From an uncultured Methanomicrobiales archaeon (GTDB taxonomy: Archaea > Halobacteriota > Methanomicrobia > Methanomicrobiales > Methanospirillaceae): a DNA stretch of 64,000 nt. The position numbers were made by a program, and so were the translations under genes. Positions 54,306-63,700 of the stretch are shown piece by piece; the first letter of the stretch is position 1, and every line of letters starts with the position of its first letter. Under the pieces are notes generated by a model that searched no databases, was not told the origin of the DNA, and saw nothing but the letters and a program-made list of their open reading frames with translations. The stretch lies in assembly GCA_963758915.1 (NCBI GenBank), contig CAVWXH010000016.1, positions 256,001-320,000 of the forward strand. Direction: 5' to 3'.

Positions 54306-54677
54306 TTAATCCGGTATTGCAAGTTCGATTGCAACCCGGAGTCCTTCATCATCAAAAGGCTTCGTGATAAAGCCATCCGGACCGGTTTTTTTTACACGTT
54401 GAAGGATGTCATGCTCGGTACGCGATGTCAGGTAAATAAACGGGATCTTTGTCTTTGTCTCTAGAAATTGTCCAACTTCGATACCATCCATTTCTCCCTG
54501 TAATTCGATGTCCAGGAGGACAACGTCAGGTTGCAATTGCTGTATCTTTTCAATTGCTTGAGCACCATTTTTCGAAGAACCGCAGACGTTGTGCCCAAGT
54601 TTTGATAGTCGCCATTCAATGACCTTAGAAATAATATCATCAACTTCCAAATAAAATATATTGGCCTTTTTCTCCAT
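54306..54677 (-). CDS. Single-domain response regulator
   Basis: PDVVLLDIEL.GEMDG, YLTS, FITKPF. Confidence 0.9.
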   Translation of the reverse strand: MEKKANIFYLEVDDIISKVIEWRLSKLGHNVCGSSKNGAQAIEKIQQLQPDVVLLDIELQGEMDGIEVGQFLETKTKIPFIYLTSRTEHDILQRVKKTGPDGFITKPFDDEGLRVAIELAIPD

Positions 54678-55047
54678 TTCCCCCCCAGCAAATAGAATTA
54701 ATTATAATCTTTTTACGTTCTAAAACCTATTTAATTATTTGCTCCGGACTATAATAATTTCTCAATGGGACCTGTATGCCGTGTTATACCATGAAAAAAA
54801 ATTTGGAAAGCAAGGTTCCGGATTTCCGCTTCAAATGAATGGTACCGGTTATAACACTATATTTAGATGAAGAATCAGGAATTGATCATTATACCGGATT
54901 TCCCACCCTTTCGCATCAGGAGAGAGCCCTATCGCCCGATAACTGGTTTGATACTTCGTCTTTGTGTCCATTTGGTGAATTTCGAATTACCGGTAACATT
55001 CAAAATATATCCGGTTACATCCAATTACTTAATGGGAAAATAAAACG

Positions 55048-55290
55048 ATGACAGATATTTGCGATGATTGCTCGATTTGTGAAAGGCGGGAAACCTGTGC
55101 AGATGTGAACCTGTTACGCTGTCCCGCTTGTGGGGCCAAAGGAACAATTCAGAATATTTTCGATAACAAAGGGAATTTCGATACAATTGTTTTCTCAAAA
55201 GAACTCCGGATAGTAGAAGTTGAAGGCCATAGTGTGCCTGTATGCAATAAATGCGGGGCAATGATGGAACCAGAAGAGGGAGTTACATAA
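55048..55290 (+). CDS. Small Cys-rich (zinc-ribbon-like) protein
   Basis: CDDCSIC....TC, CPACG, CNKCG. Confidence 0.65.
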   Translation: MTDICDDCSICERRETCADVNLLRCPACGAKGTIQNIFDNKGNFDTIVFSKELRIVEVEGHSVPVCNKCGAMMEPEEGVT

Positions 55291-55369
55291 GTCCCATTTA
55301 CTGGATGAACATAACTGAGGCTTACCATGTCTCTGATAAAATAATGGGGCTGCAATCAAAAAACAGGGA

Positions 55370-55441
55370 CGCCCCGGCCGGGATTTGAACCCGGGTCAAA
55401 AGCTCCGGAGGCTTCTAGGATGTCCACTACCCTACCGGGGC
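55370..55441 (-). tRNA. tRNA-Arg(CCG)
   Basis: Reverse complement GCCCCGG TA GGGTAGTGGACATCCT A GAAGC CT-CCG-GA GCTTT TGAC CCGGG TTCAAAT CCCGG CCGGGGC G folds as a cloverleaf. No intron and no encoded CCA. Confidence 0.95.
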
Positions 55442-55931
55442 ACATTATTGTTTCAACCCTCACAACTGATGCGAATTCTCGTGGCACCGCCTTGAAAGGG
55501 TTGTAACATATTGCTCATAAACTTATAAATAAACTTGCAATACGAACGGTAATTTAACACGGATATACTATTTGTCGAATGAAATACGTGGATAAATGCG
55601 TTAAAACAGGGAACTGTTTTCACAGGGTTCCGAATTATAGTCCACCCTTAACAGATTGGATTTCTGACCGCAAAGAACTGCGATGCAGGTACAGAAATCA
55701 CTATGGACACACTACCATTGTGGCTCAATGTTTTTAAGTATATCGAACCTTCTTCAGGACCGAAAAGGGGAAATAAGAGCTTATAATTCGTCTGGTACTG
55801 GTATATCGGGATTCATCCGGGGAGTATCAGGTAATAAATTATTCCAGTTCCGGCTCATTGTTATTGCAAAAAGGGGACAGAAAAAAAACTGGCCTGCCTT
55901 GTAAGCAGTCTTAATCTGTGAAAAACTGGTA

Positions 55932-56960
55932 TTATGAATGCCTGACCTGGTAAATATGCCAGATCTTACAGGCACCTTCATGACTGACCATGCAGGGACC
56001 AACCGGTGTCCTTGGGTTGCATACTTTCCCGAATAATTTACAATCCGCTGGTTCTGCAATACCCCTGAGTACTCTGTCGCATATACAGGCCGTATGCTTG
56101 GAGATGTGTTTGAATTCGAGATTAAATTTTTTCTGGGCGTCAAATTGTGCATACCCGGGTCGTAACCGGAGACCTGATTGCGGTATTATCGGAAACCCAC
56201 GCCATTCAACATCTGACGGTTCAAATACACGGTACATCAGGTCTTGTGCTTTTTTGTTCCCTTCACAGGTTACCGCTCTCGGGTAGGCATTATCTACACG
56301 GTGTGTACCCTCTTTTACCTGTTCAACAAGCATCAGGAGACCGAGCAGAATATCCTCTGCCTCAAAACCGGCCACCACCTGGGGGACAGGGAACTGTTCG
56401 TATTCATGGTACCCCATTACCGTACATACGTGCCCGGGAAGAATAAAGCCGTGAAGTGCTGCCTCGCCCTGTTCAAGGAGCCACTTCATGGCCGGAGGTA
56501 CAAGGCGGTGGCAGGAGAGAATAGAGAAATTAGCAGGAGGGTTGGTGAGCAGCGCCGCGGCAACGGTAGGTGCCGTTGTCTCAAACCCGACTGATATGAA
56601 TACCACTTCTTTCTCTGTCTTTTCTGCAATTTCTACGGCTTTATGGACTCCCTGCACTATCCTTACATCCCCGCCGCATGATTCAAGAGACCCCTTTGAA
56701 CCCGGGACCCTGAGCAGGTCGCCATAGGTAGCGATTATACATCCTTTTTCCACAAGGTCGAGTGCAGCATCAATCTCACCCTGGGGTGTAATACAGACCG
56801 GACACCCGGGCCCCATCACGATTTTCAGCCTTTTCGGGAGTACACTTCGGAGCCCTGTCCGGGCAATGGCGGCCTCATGAGTCCCGCAGATATGCATAAA
56901 GGTGAGGTCGCGGTCTACCACCTGATGGAGTTTTTCAGTTATTTCCTTTCCAACCGCCAT
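55932..56960 (-). CDS. hypD: Hydrogenase maturation protein HypD
   Basis: MHICGTHE, GPGCPVC, GFETTAP, PGHV, GPCMVSHEGAC. Confidence 0.96.
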   Translation of the reverse strand: MAVGKEITEKLHQVVDRDLTFMHICGTHEAAIARTGLRSVLPKRLKIVMGPGCPVCITPQGEIDAALDLVEKGCIIATYGDLLRVPGSKGSLESCGGDVRIVQGVHKAVEIAEKTEKEVVFISVGFETTAPTVAAALLTNPPANFSILSCHRLVPPAMKWLLEQGEAALHGFILPGHVCTVMGYHEYEQFPVPQVVAGFEAEDILLGLLMLVEQVKEGTHRVDNAYPRAVTCEGNKKAQDLMYRVFEPSDVEWRGFPIIPQSGLRLRPGYAQFDAQKKFNLEFKHISKHTACICDRVLRGIAEPADCKLFGKVCNPRTPVGPCMVSHEGACKIWHIYQVRHS

Positions 56961-57364
56961 AATTCAACAATTATTTCAGCGCTAATCACATAAGAGTGCT
57001 GATTGTAATTCAACGCTAAATACGATGAACGGTATATTCAGTTAGCTGCTACCCGGTGGATCGCTACAATAATCACTCGCATTTCCAGCGGGCAAACCTC
57101 CTGAATCCCTCAATTTTAACAGCACTATCTGCCCGCCATATTTTAGTTATGTCAGGATCATATCGGAATTTCGTGTTCTGTTTGCAAATACCCCTTATAG
57201 TTATACCCCGGATCTGCAATGTCACAGGTTATCCGCCATTACTGTTTAGGAAATTCCCGTGTAATTTTATGTAAACGGCCCAGAAATTCCGTTCGATCTA
57301 TCTATTTCAAAGGCATACAGTAAATTTCCATACCTATTTATAGCCACCTGCTCCACCGCTCACT

Positions 57365-58078
57365 ATGCTGGGCGTCTCAACCTACTGTCTTCATGGAGAG
57401 CCGCTTGATAGTGCGCTTGAGAAGTTATCAGGAATCACCCGCATGGTTGAGGTGATGGATGAAGGGTATCATTTTCTGGGTGACACCTCGGTTCTGGAGA
57501 GTTACTCATTGCGCTATTCAATCCACGCCCCATATCACGGGATTAATATTGCCAGCATTTTTGAGACTATCCGGCGTGCCAGTATCGAAGTGACACTGGA
57601 CTGTTTCTCTGTTGCTGCCGAAAAAGGCGCTGATGTTGTCGTGCACCCAGGGTATTATGCCTGGGAACACGAACGTGGTGCTGCCCTGCGACAATTTAAT
57701 AAATCAAACCGGGAACTCTCCAATGCTGCGGATGACCTTTCATTGAATTTTTATTTTGAAAATATGGGGTGCATGGATTATTTCTTTTTAAGGACGCCCG
57801 ATGAACTTGACCTTCTCGGGGACACCGGGTTTGCGCTCGATGTAGGTCATGCGAACCTGAACAACTGCCTGCCGGCATTCCTCGAAACAACGATTGACCA
57901 TGTGCATATTCATGACAATTATGGGATGACCGACTCACATAGCCCCATCGGGGAAGGCGATATTGATTTTGAGGCAGTGATGGAGGCGATTCAACGGAGC
58001 CGTGCAACAGCTGTCCTCGAAGTGGCCACATTTGAAGGGGTAATCAGGAGTATTGAAGCCCTCCTCCAAATCTCCTGA
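57365..58078 (+). CDS. Sugar phosphate isomerase/endonuclease IV-like TIM barrel protein
   Basis: SIHAP, VVHPG, FENM, LDVGHA, HVHIHDN.G..DSH..IG.G.IDF. Confidence 0.88.
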   Translation: MLGVSTYCLHGEPLDSALEKLSGITRMVEVMDEGYHFLGDTSVLESYSLRYSIHAPYHGINIASIFETIRRASIEVTLDCFSVAAEKGADVVVHPGYYAWEHERGAALRQFNKSNRELSNAADDLSLNFYFENMGCMDYFFLRTPDELDLLGDTGFALDVGHANLNNCLPAFLETTIDHVHIHDNYGMTDSHSPIGEGDIDFEAVMEAIQRSRATAVLEVATFEGVIRSIEALLQIS

Positions 58079-58329
58079 ACTGCCTGGCGGTCATCGGTTT
58101 GCAAGTTATTATCTTCCGGCAGGAGTGTTATCAGAATATGCGGGATGAAATTTCAGCTTCGCATATTCCTCCAATCCGGGCAGCAATCGGCAGTCCTGAG
58201 ATTCGTGTTCCGCAATCTTTTAAACATAATACTACGTAGTTTATAGGACACAGCAGCATGCCGTCGTTGCCAAGCAGCATATAATTCCAAGCCTTATGCC
58301 TGCCTGCACATTATGGCGTTCTTCCCTGT

Positions 58330-58403
58330 GCCTGTGTGACACAGCCCGGTAGTGTGCCTCCTTGGTAAGGAGGAAGTCGCGAGTTCGAATCTCGCCACAG
58401 GCT
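58330..58403 (+). tRNA. tRNA-Thr(GGT)
   Basis: GCCTGTG TG ACAC AGCCCGGTA GTGT G CCTCC TT-GGT-AA GGAGG AAGTC GCGAG TTCGAAT CTCGC CACAGGC T, with all four stems paired. Confidence 0.93.
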
Positions 58404-58453
58404 TGCTTCAAAAGTGTATCTATAACTTTTTTCTATGAATTATTGGAAATAGG

Positions 58454-58792
58454 GGCTTTGTTGAAACCCTTCGGTGTCATAAAAAATAAGAGGGAAATAC
58501 GAAGACAGGATGGGGTTTCACCCCCTCCCTGCCCACCCCCATTAAGATATTCTTCGGGCAGGGTTTCCCGAAGGTTCATTAAATTCAGAGTATTTTTTGG
58601 TAGTCTCTATCCCAACCGGGATCGCCAAAGCGGCGGGCCATGAGCCCCGGGAGTGTGACAAAATTTTGGAATTCCCAATCTATAAGATAGATTTGAGAGG
58701 AATTCTACAGAGCGTGCTATGAGCCGTTGGCTCATAGATGAGTATGAAAAAGGTCTTCTTTCAGGTGGTTCGTGGAGTTTTTCATACCAGCC
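58454..58792 (+). mobile_element. Composite MITE copy B (core 58454-58714 + module 2 58715-58792) with 8-bp target duplication
   Basis: Core closely matches copy A. Outer ends GGCTTTGTTGAAA and TTTTTCATACCAGCC. GAAATAGG at 58446-58453 and 58793-58800. Confidence 0.88.
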
Positions 58793-58977
58793 GAAATAGG
58801 TTATTAGATCGTTCTGTTCTCTTGGTAATGAACTCATTCTATCATTGGCAAGGTTATCCGCTGGACTGTTTCTACATCTGATATGTAATGAACGGATGAA
58901 CCGTCGGGAATTCAATAGTCTGAAAAAAAGGGTATGTTTTCCATACCTACAACCAGAAAAAAATAAATTTATTCACG

Positions 58978-59841
58978 TCAGTCCTTGTCCCTTTTCCTGT
59001 GATAAATTAATATTACTGTTATCTCCAGGATGATGACAATGACCACAATTACTATGGCATAGAGAAATGACGCACCGATCTGATCATTGTGTGTTGCAGG
59101 AGTTACTACTAGCGTGGGCGGTTGGGAAATCAAGGGATATGTGGTGGGCGTTTGTACCGGTGCAGTTGTCCGGGTCATAACCGTGGTCGACAGTTCTGTC
59201 ACCGTAATATAATCCGTGAGTGTCCTGATATTGGAGCCCCCAGCCCCGGTTACCGTTAATGAGACAGTATAAGTACCGGGAACAGGGTACTTGTGTTCTG
59301 GAGGGTCCTCCAGTTTACTCTGACTGCCATCCCCAAAGTCCCAGTACCATGATGTTGGTGATCCGGTAGAAGATTCGGTAAACGTAACGGTAAGGGGTGC
59401 TGTGCCAGTTGTGGGAGATCCGTTAAACGCTGCTTTTATTGGCGGTGGCGTGGTGTCGGTTAATGCCGGCGTGGTTCCGGTTGGTGCTGGCGTTGGAACA
59501 TCAACTGAAATATACCCGATCTGAACGTTGCTATCACTGAACCCCCCGCCTGTTATGGTTAACCTGACCGAATAAGCTCCCGGAATCGTATAGGTGTGAG
59601 AAGGGTTTTGTATTGTTTCCGTTGCCCTATCTCCAAAGTCCCAGTACCATGATGTTGGAGCACCGGATGACAAATCGGTGAACTGAACTGTAAGGGGGGC
59701 AGGACCTGAAGTAGGTGTGCCGCTAAACCCGGCAACATAGGCTGCACTTACCGGCAGCACAACAACGGCTATAAGGATAAATGTTATCAATATGGTCAAT
59801 AATCTAGAAACCGACGTTTTCAGAACTGGAATACTCTTCAA
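58978..59841 (-). CDS. Cell-surface protein with two PKD domains and a C-terminal TM anchor
   Basis: Signal peptide, two PT.G.APLTV.FT..S.G.PTSWYWDFGD domains, Thr/Pro linker, TM helix and basic tail. Confidence 0.92.
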   Translation of the reverse strand: MKSIPVLKTSVSRLLTILITFILIAVVVLPVSAAYVAGFSGTPTSGPAPLTVQFTDLSSGAPTSWYWDFGDRATETIQNPSHTYTIPGAYSVRLTITGGGFSDSNVQIGYISVDVPTPAPTGTTPALTDTTPPPIKAAFNGSPTTGTAPLTVTFTESSTGSPTSWYWDFGDGSQSKLEDPPEHKYPVPGTYTVSLTVTGAGGSNIRTLTDYITVTELSTTVMTRTTAPVQTPTTYPLISQPPTLVVTPATHNDQIGASFLYAIVIVVIVIILEITVILIYHRKRDKD

Positions 59842-60185
59842 CCCCTTTGTACGGTATGATTCACTGCAAACACTTCCTGATAATGAGGATACCAGTTTCG
59901 TACCATGGTGGTATGTTCCATTTTACACCAGGTCCTTTCTATCCTATAGGATAATTCTCATATCGTTTGACTAGTATTTTATATATCTCTCTAATTTTTC
60001 GGGCAGTGCATGAAATTGTCCTGTGAGTCAGTCCTTCAGGCCTGAATATCCCTTTTGGAATTGATCCGGTTTATCCATTCAAATACTATAAGGTCCTGTT
60101 CCTAATATTCCTGCTACCGGACTGTTACGGGACAACAAATTTCCCGGTCTGACTGAAAAAAGAATGGGGTTACATTCGGATGATT

Positions 60186-60395
60186 TCATCCATAATCAAA
60201 ATCGAAGTCATTATCGTCGTAATCTTCACTCATGGTCCTCCAGATATCCACACAAATCTTCGGGTGTCCACTGCAATAACAATCAACTAAACACTTATAT
60301 CGCAATTCTCCATCAGTACCCACGTACCAATTCAGGTATTCACAAGCTCCATATCTCTCAACATATGCCGCTTCTTCACGTGTTCCATATTGCAT
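60186..60395 (-). CDS. Small Cys-rich acidic protein
   Basis: 69 aa with five Cys and an acidic/aromatic tail. Co-oriented and directly downstream of the CDF gene. Confidence 0.5.
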   Translation of the reverse strand: MQYGTREEAAYVERYGACEYLNWYVGTDGELRYKCLVDCYCSGHPKICVDIWRTMSEDYDDNDFDFDYG

Positions 60396-60441
60396 AGATT
60401 ACACCCGGGATAAGAAGACTAGTCTGATATCCAGGCAGGTA

Positions 60442-61403
60442 TTAATTTTTATCATCTGACGTATTTTTCTCATAATATGTACAGAATGAGCCGCATCTTA
60501 CACAACCCTCGTTACAGGGCTCTACATGAATGGTAACAGTGGATCTCGGGTATTCCAGTCTGAGATCAGCTTCAAGATGGTCCTCGAAATCGTGGGCCAG
60601 CTCCACTGAGAGATCTTTTGGCATCACCAGATGAAAGTCAATGAATATTTCCGGTCCCGCCCGCCGGGTTTTTAATTCATGGAACCCTGCATAATCCATT
60701 GCATGTTCGCAGATTATTTCCTTGATCCGCATTTCATCCGCTTTGGGGAGGCTCTGGTCCATCAGGTCTGAAAGTGACCGCTTTGTCAGGTCGTAGGCGG
60801 CTTTCATAATTACAACGGCAACACAGATAGCAACGATTGGATCAAAGATGGTAATCCCCGTCAGTCGTATCAGGATAAGCCCGAAAAAAACGCCAAGAGA
60901 GGTATATACATCAGTCCGGAGGTGCCAGGCATCGCTTTCAAGGGCGATTGAGTCTGTTTGTTTTGCCACCTTCATCAGCCGTGAAGACACGTACCAGTTC
61001 ACCAGTGCTGAAAAACCCATGACGGCAATACCTGCCATGAGCATTGTGGGGGTGAATTGTTCAGGCTCCTCCCCGAGCAGTTTGTTAACTGATTCGTAAA
61101 TAATCAGGACCGCAGCGATAAAAATAAGCAGCGCTTCGACGAGGCCTGAAATATCTTCGAATTTCCCATGACCAAACGTATGTTCTGGATCGGGGGCTCG
61201 GCGGATTTCCTGACCGCAAAAAATGCGATCACCGCGGCCACCAGGTCCATCATGGAATGTATTGCTTCAGAGATGATACTCACGGAGCCGATGGCCAGAC
61301 CCACAACAAATTTTAATATCACCAGCCCGGTATTAGAGATAATAGAGAGCCTTGCTGTCTTTTCTTTCAGCCTGTCAAGATTTTTTTTATCCGGGTCCGG
61401 CAT
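60442..61403 (-). CDS. Cation diffusion facilitator (FieF-like), split by a frameshift near 61194
   Basis: GSVSIISEAIHSMMD in the 5' ORF. SDAWHLRTD, DP, H.LKTRRAG and IHVEP in the 3' ORF. Adding one base to the G5 run at 61192-61196 restores PPDPEHTFGHGK. Confidence 0.9.
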
Positions 61404-61746
61404 TGTATATGAGTCCTGATATGATATGGGTTGTACAATATTTCAACATATTGAGGCATTGCGGTACAAAACAAGACTCCTAGTATCAATGACCGCCTAA
61501 TCTTGTTAATGCCATGAATATCCGGAATTTGGTGGCCCCGGCCACGATATGATGCTGGCAATCAAACATGTATTCCCATTCCGGTTAACGAAAAATGAGG
61601 TCTATGGAAAAGATATCTCCAGGATATGTTAATTGTGTGGGGTGAGCCAGGCCGATTCACTCCGGAATTCCCAGTGATTTCTTAGCAATTCTTCGTATGA
61701 ATTTTTATTAAACGAATCTTTATTGGATGGGAGATAAATTTTTATT

Positions 61747-62274
61747 ATGTCTTTAATTTTGGACCACATCAGTAAAATCGGTATTACTACCAAAATAAGG
61801 ATTATATCTCTTTTTATCCTGTTGGTCCCGGTTTACTTCTTTACTATCGGTGATTTTTATGGAAGTGGTTTCCAGGCACCTTTTTTCAGGTACCAGGAGG
61901 TATTTTTTGGCTCCTTTGTGGTTTTTATCAGCAATGATGTAAACAATGTCATGAATGGTTTTTTCAAGGGTGCGATGATCCCGGTTGTTATATTATGGTT
62001 TCTTGGTTTTTTATTCCTGGTAGTGAATAGTGTCTTACTATTTGTTGATAAGACAGAATTTAATCGGATTATCAGAAGGAGTGGGATTTTAATGATAATT
62101 TCAGGATTATTTTTCCTGTTTTCAATTATTGTGCATTATGGCCCGCTTTTCCATAATTCATCAGGGATAGCCATCCCTCTCGGTTTACCACTTATTTTTC
62201 TTATTGGGATCTGGATGTACCGGTGGGCGGATAATGATGAAAACAGAGTTAATACGGAACAGTCTGCACTTTAA
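61747..62274 (+). CDS. Four-TM membrane protein, unknown function
   Basis: Four hydrophobic segments, AT-rich coding sequence. Confidence 0.7.
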   Translation: MSLILDHISKIGITTKIRIISLFILLVPVYFFTIGDFYGSGFQAPFFRYQEVFFGSFVVFISNDVNNVMNGFFKGAMIPVVILWFLGFLFLVVNSVLLFVDKTEFNRIIRRSGILMIISGLFFLFSIIVHYGPLFHNSSGIAIPLGLPLIFLIGIWMYRWADNDENRVNTEQSAL

Positions 62275-62519
62275 GTTAGGCCGAAATATTCAAACCCGTC
62301 CTGATTGATGAAATGGAGGTCTATCCGGGAACGGAGAGACTGTTTTGGTATCTGAATGGTGCATAATCAGATATCAGATCTCTTCTCTGAAAAATCCCGT
62401 AAATATTTTACCTGCTCATTTTTCAGTAGGGCCTTTTTTCGTGACTCTCAGTATACGTATGCGAATCCTGTCCGAATGAGTGAACCTTAACCGGTTATCT
62501 GGCAAAAAAGGAATTTCCC

Positions 62520-62952
62520 CGCTGATATGAAAGACTCAGGCAAAACAGTCTGAACTGCCACCTTTTTCATGCTCATCGATGAGCAGACAGCTCATGGAAC
62601 GTTTTGGGTGAAACCATACATAATTAAAAAACTGGGAATACCAGGACAGGAGATGGTGTCTCTCCCTCCGTGTCCAACCCCAGATAAGATATCCTTGGGC
62701 AGCGATTAGATGCTGCATTCCTGAATATTTCTGAAATTCAAAGGACATTCCCTATTACGACCCGGGTCGCCAGAGCGGCCGGGGCGGTGCCGCAGGAGCG
62801 TGAATAAATTTTGGACAACCTTCATTTAAAATTGGCTTTAAGAAAAATTCCCATTTAAATGTCGAACCGGCCACCAATAGAAGAAGATTTCCAAGGATGT
62901 TGTCATAGCCAGGTTGTGTACAATTACGTTCAGGCATGTCTTCAACAAAGCA
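62520..62952 (+). mobile_element. Composite MITE copy E (module 2 62520-62599 + degenerate core + extra segment), near-perfect 8-bp duplication
   Basis: Module 2 is homologous to the reverse complement of 58715-58792. Core motifs ggacaggag..., gataagatat and cccgggtcgccagagcggc are present. Right end ttcaacaaagca. Flanks are AATTTCCC (62512-62519) and AATTTCCG (62953-62960). Confidence 0.7.
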
Positions 62953-63085
62953 AATTTCCGAACATCACACTCCCGGGTGCGTCGGTCCCGTAATATTTTG
63001 ATGAAGACACGATTATTTCAAGGAAGATATAAAATCAGACGAGGTCGATCTATTGTAATAGTTAGGTCATATACCCAGGTGAATA

Positions 63086-63700
63086 ATGGAATTTACCCCC
63101 GTCCAGTTAGATGCCCTGCAGGAACTCGCGAACATTGGAGCTGCACATTCGGCAACAACGCTTTCACAGATGCTTAATTGTCATGTCAGCATGAATGTGC
63201 CGGAGATAGATATTGTTGATATTGCACATATGGGACAGTTCCTCCCCGATGAAATAACCACGCTTGTTGTATTCGAACTTCAGGGTGAGATACCCCATGG
63301 GGGCTTCCTGGTCCTGCATTTCCCACAGGATTCAGCTATGCGGACTGCAAATATTCTGCTAGGATCAGGGGATCCCGCCATGTTACCCGGAGAAATGGAC
63401 CAGAGTGCCATTCTCGAGGTGGGCAACATCATGATCTCATCTTTTCTGAGTGCCACCTCAGACCTCCTTGGCATCATGATGCTCCCTTCCCCACCGGCCC
63501 TTGTCGTTGATATGACCCATGCAGTGATTGAATCCCTGATCGCAGGCATGACGATTGAGGTTAATGATGTGGTATTATTCAGGATCAACCTGGGTTCCGA
63601 GGAGCATAAGATCGCTGCAAATATCCTGATTTTTCTCGAGGTCTCCACCCTTCAGATGGTGGCGGATATGCTTGAAGAAATGATGAACCCGAAATCATGA
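63086..63700 (+). CDS. cheC: Second, orphan CheC-family phosphatase
   Basis: DALQELANIG and SAILEVGNIM motifs. Clearly paralogous to 33924-34541. Confidence 0.92.
   Translation: MEFTPVQLDALQELANIGAAHSATTLSQMLNCHVSMNVPEIDIVDIAHMGQFLPDEITTLVVFELQGEIPHGGFLVLHFPQDSAMRTANILLGSGDPAMLPGEMDQSAILEVGNIMISSFLSATSDLLGIMMLPSPPALVVDMTHAVIESLIAGMTIEVNDVVLFRINLGSEEHKIAANILIFLEVSTLQMVADMLEEMMNPKS

Noticed and set aside
55370-58403. tRNAs as possible integration sites for an island or provirus
   Set aside because: No integrase and no duplicated tRNA 3' end found. Flanking genes are ordinary chromosomal genes.
59333-59658. 26-bp exact direct repeat (ccaaagtcccagtaccatgatgttgg) 300 bp apart
   Set aside because: It encodes PTSWYWDFG in two PKD domains. 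Not CRISPR, and no reverse transcriptase is present to suggest a DGR.
62474-62481. gaatgagt at similar spacing outside module 2 at both loci
   Set aside because: It falls outside the target duplications and the intervening sequence does not align. Treated as chance.
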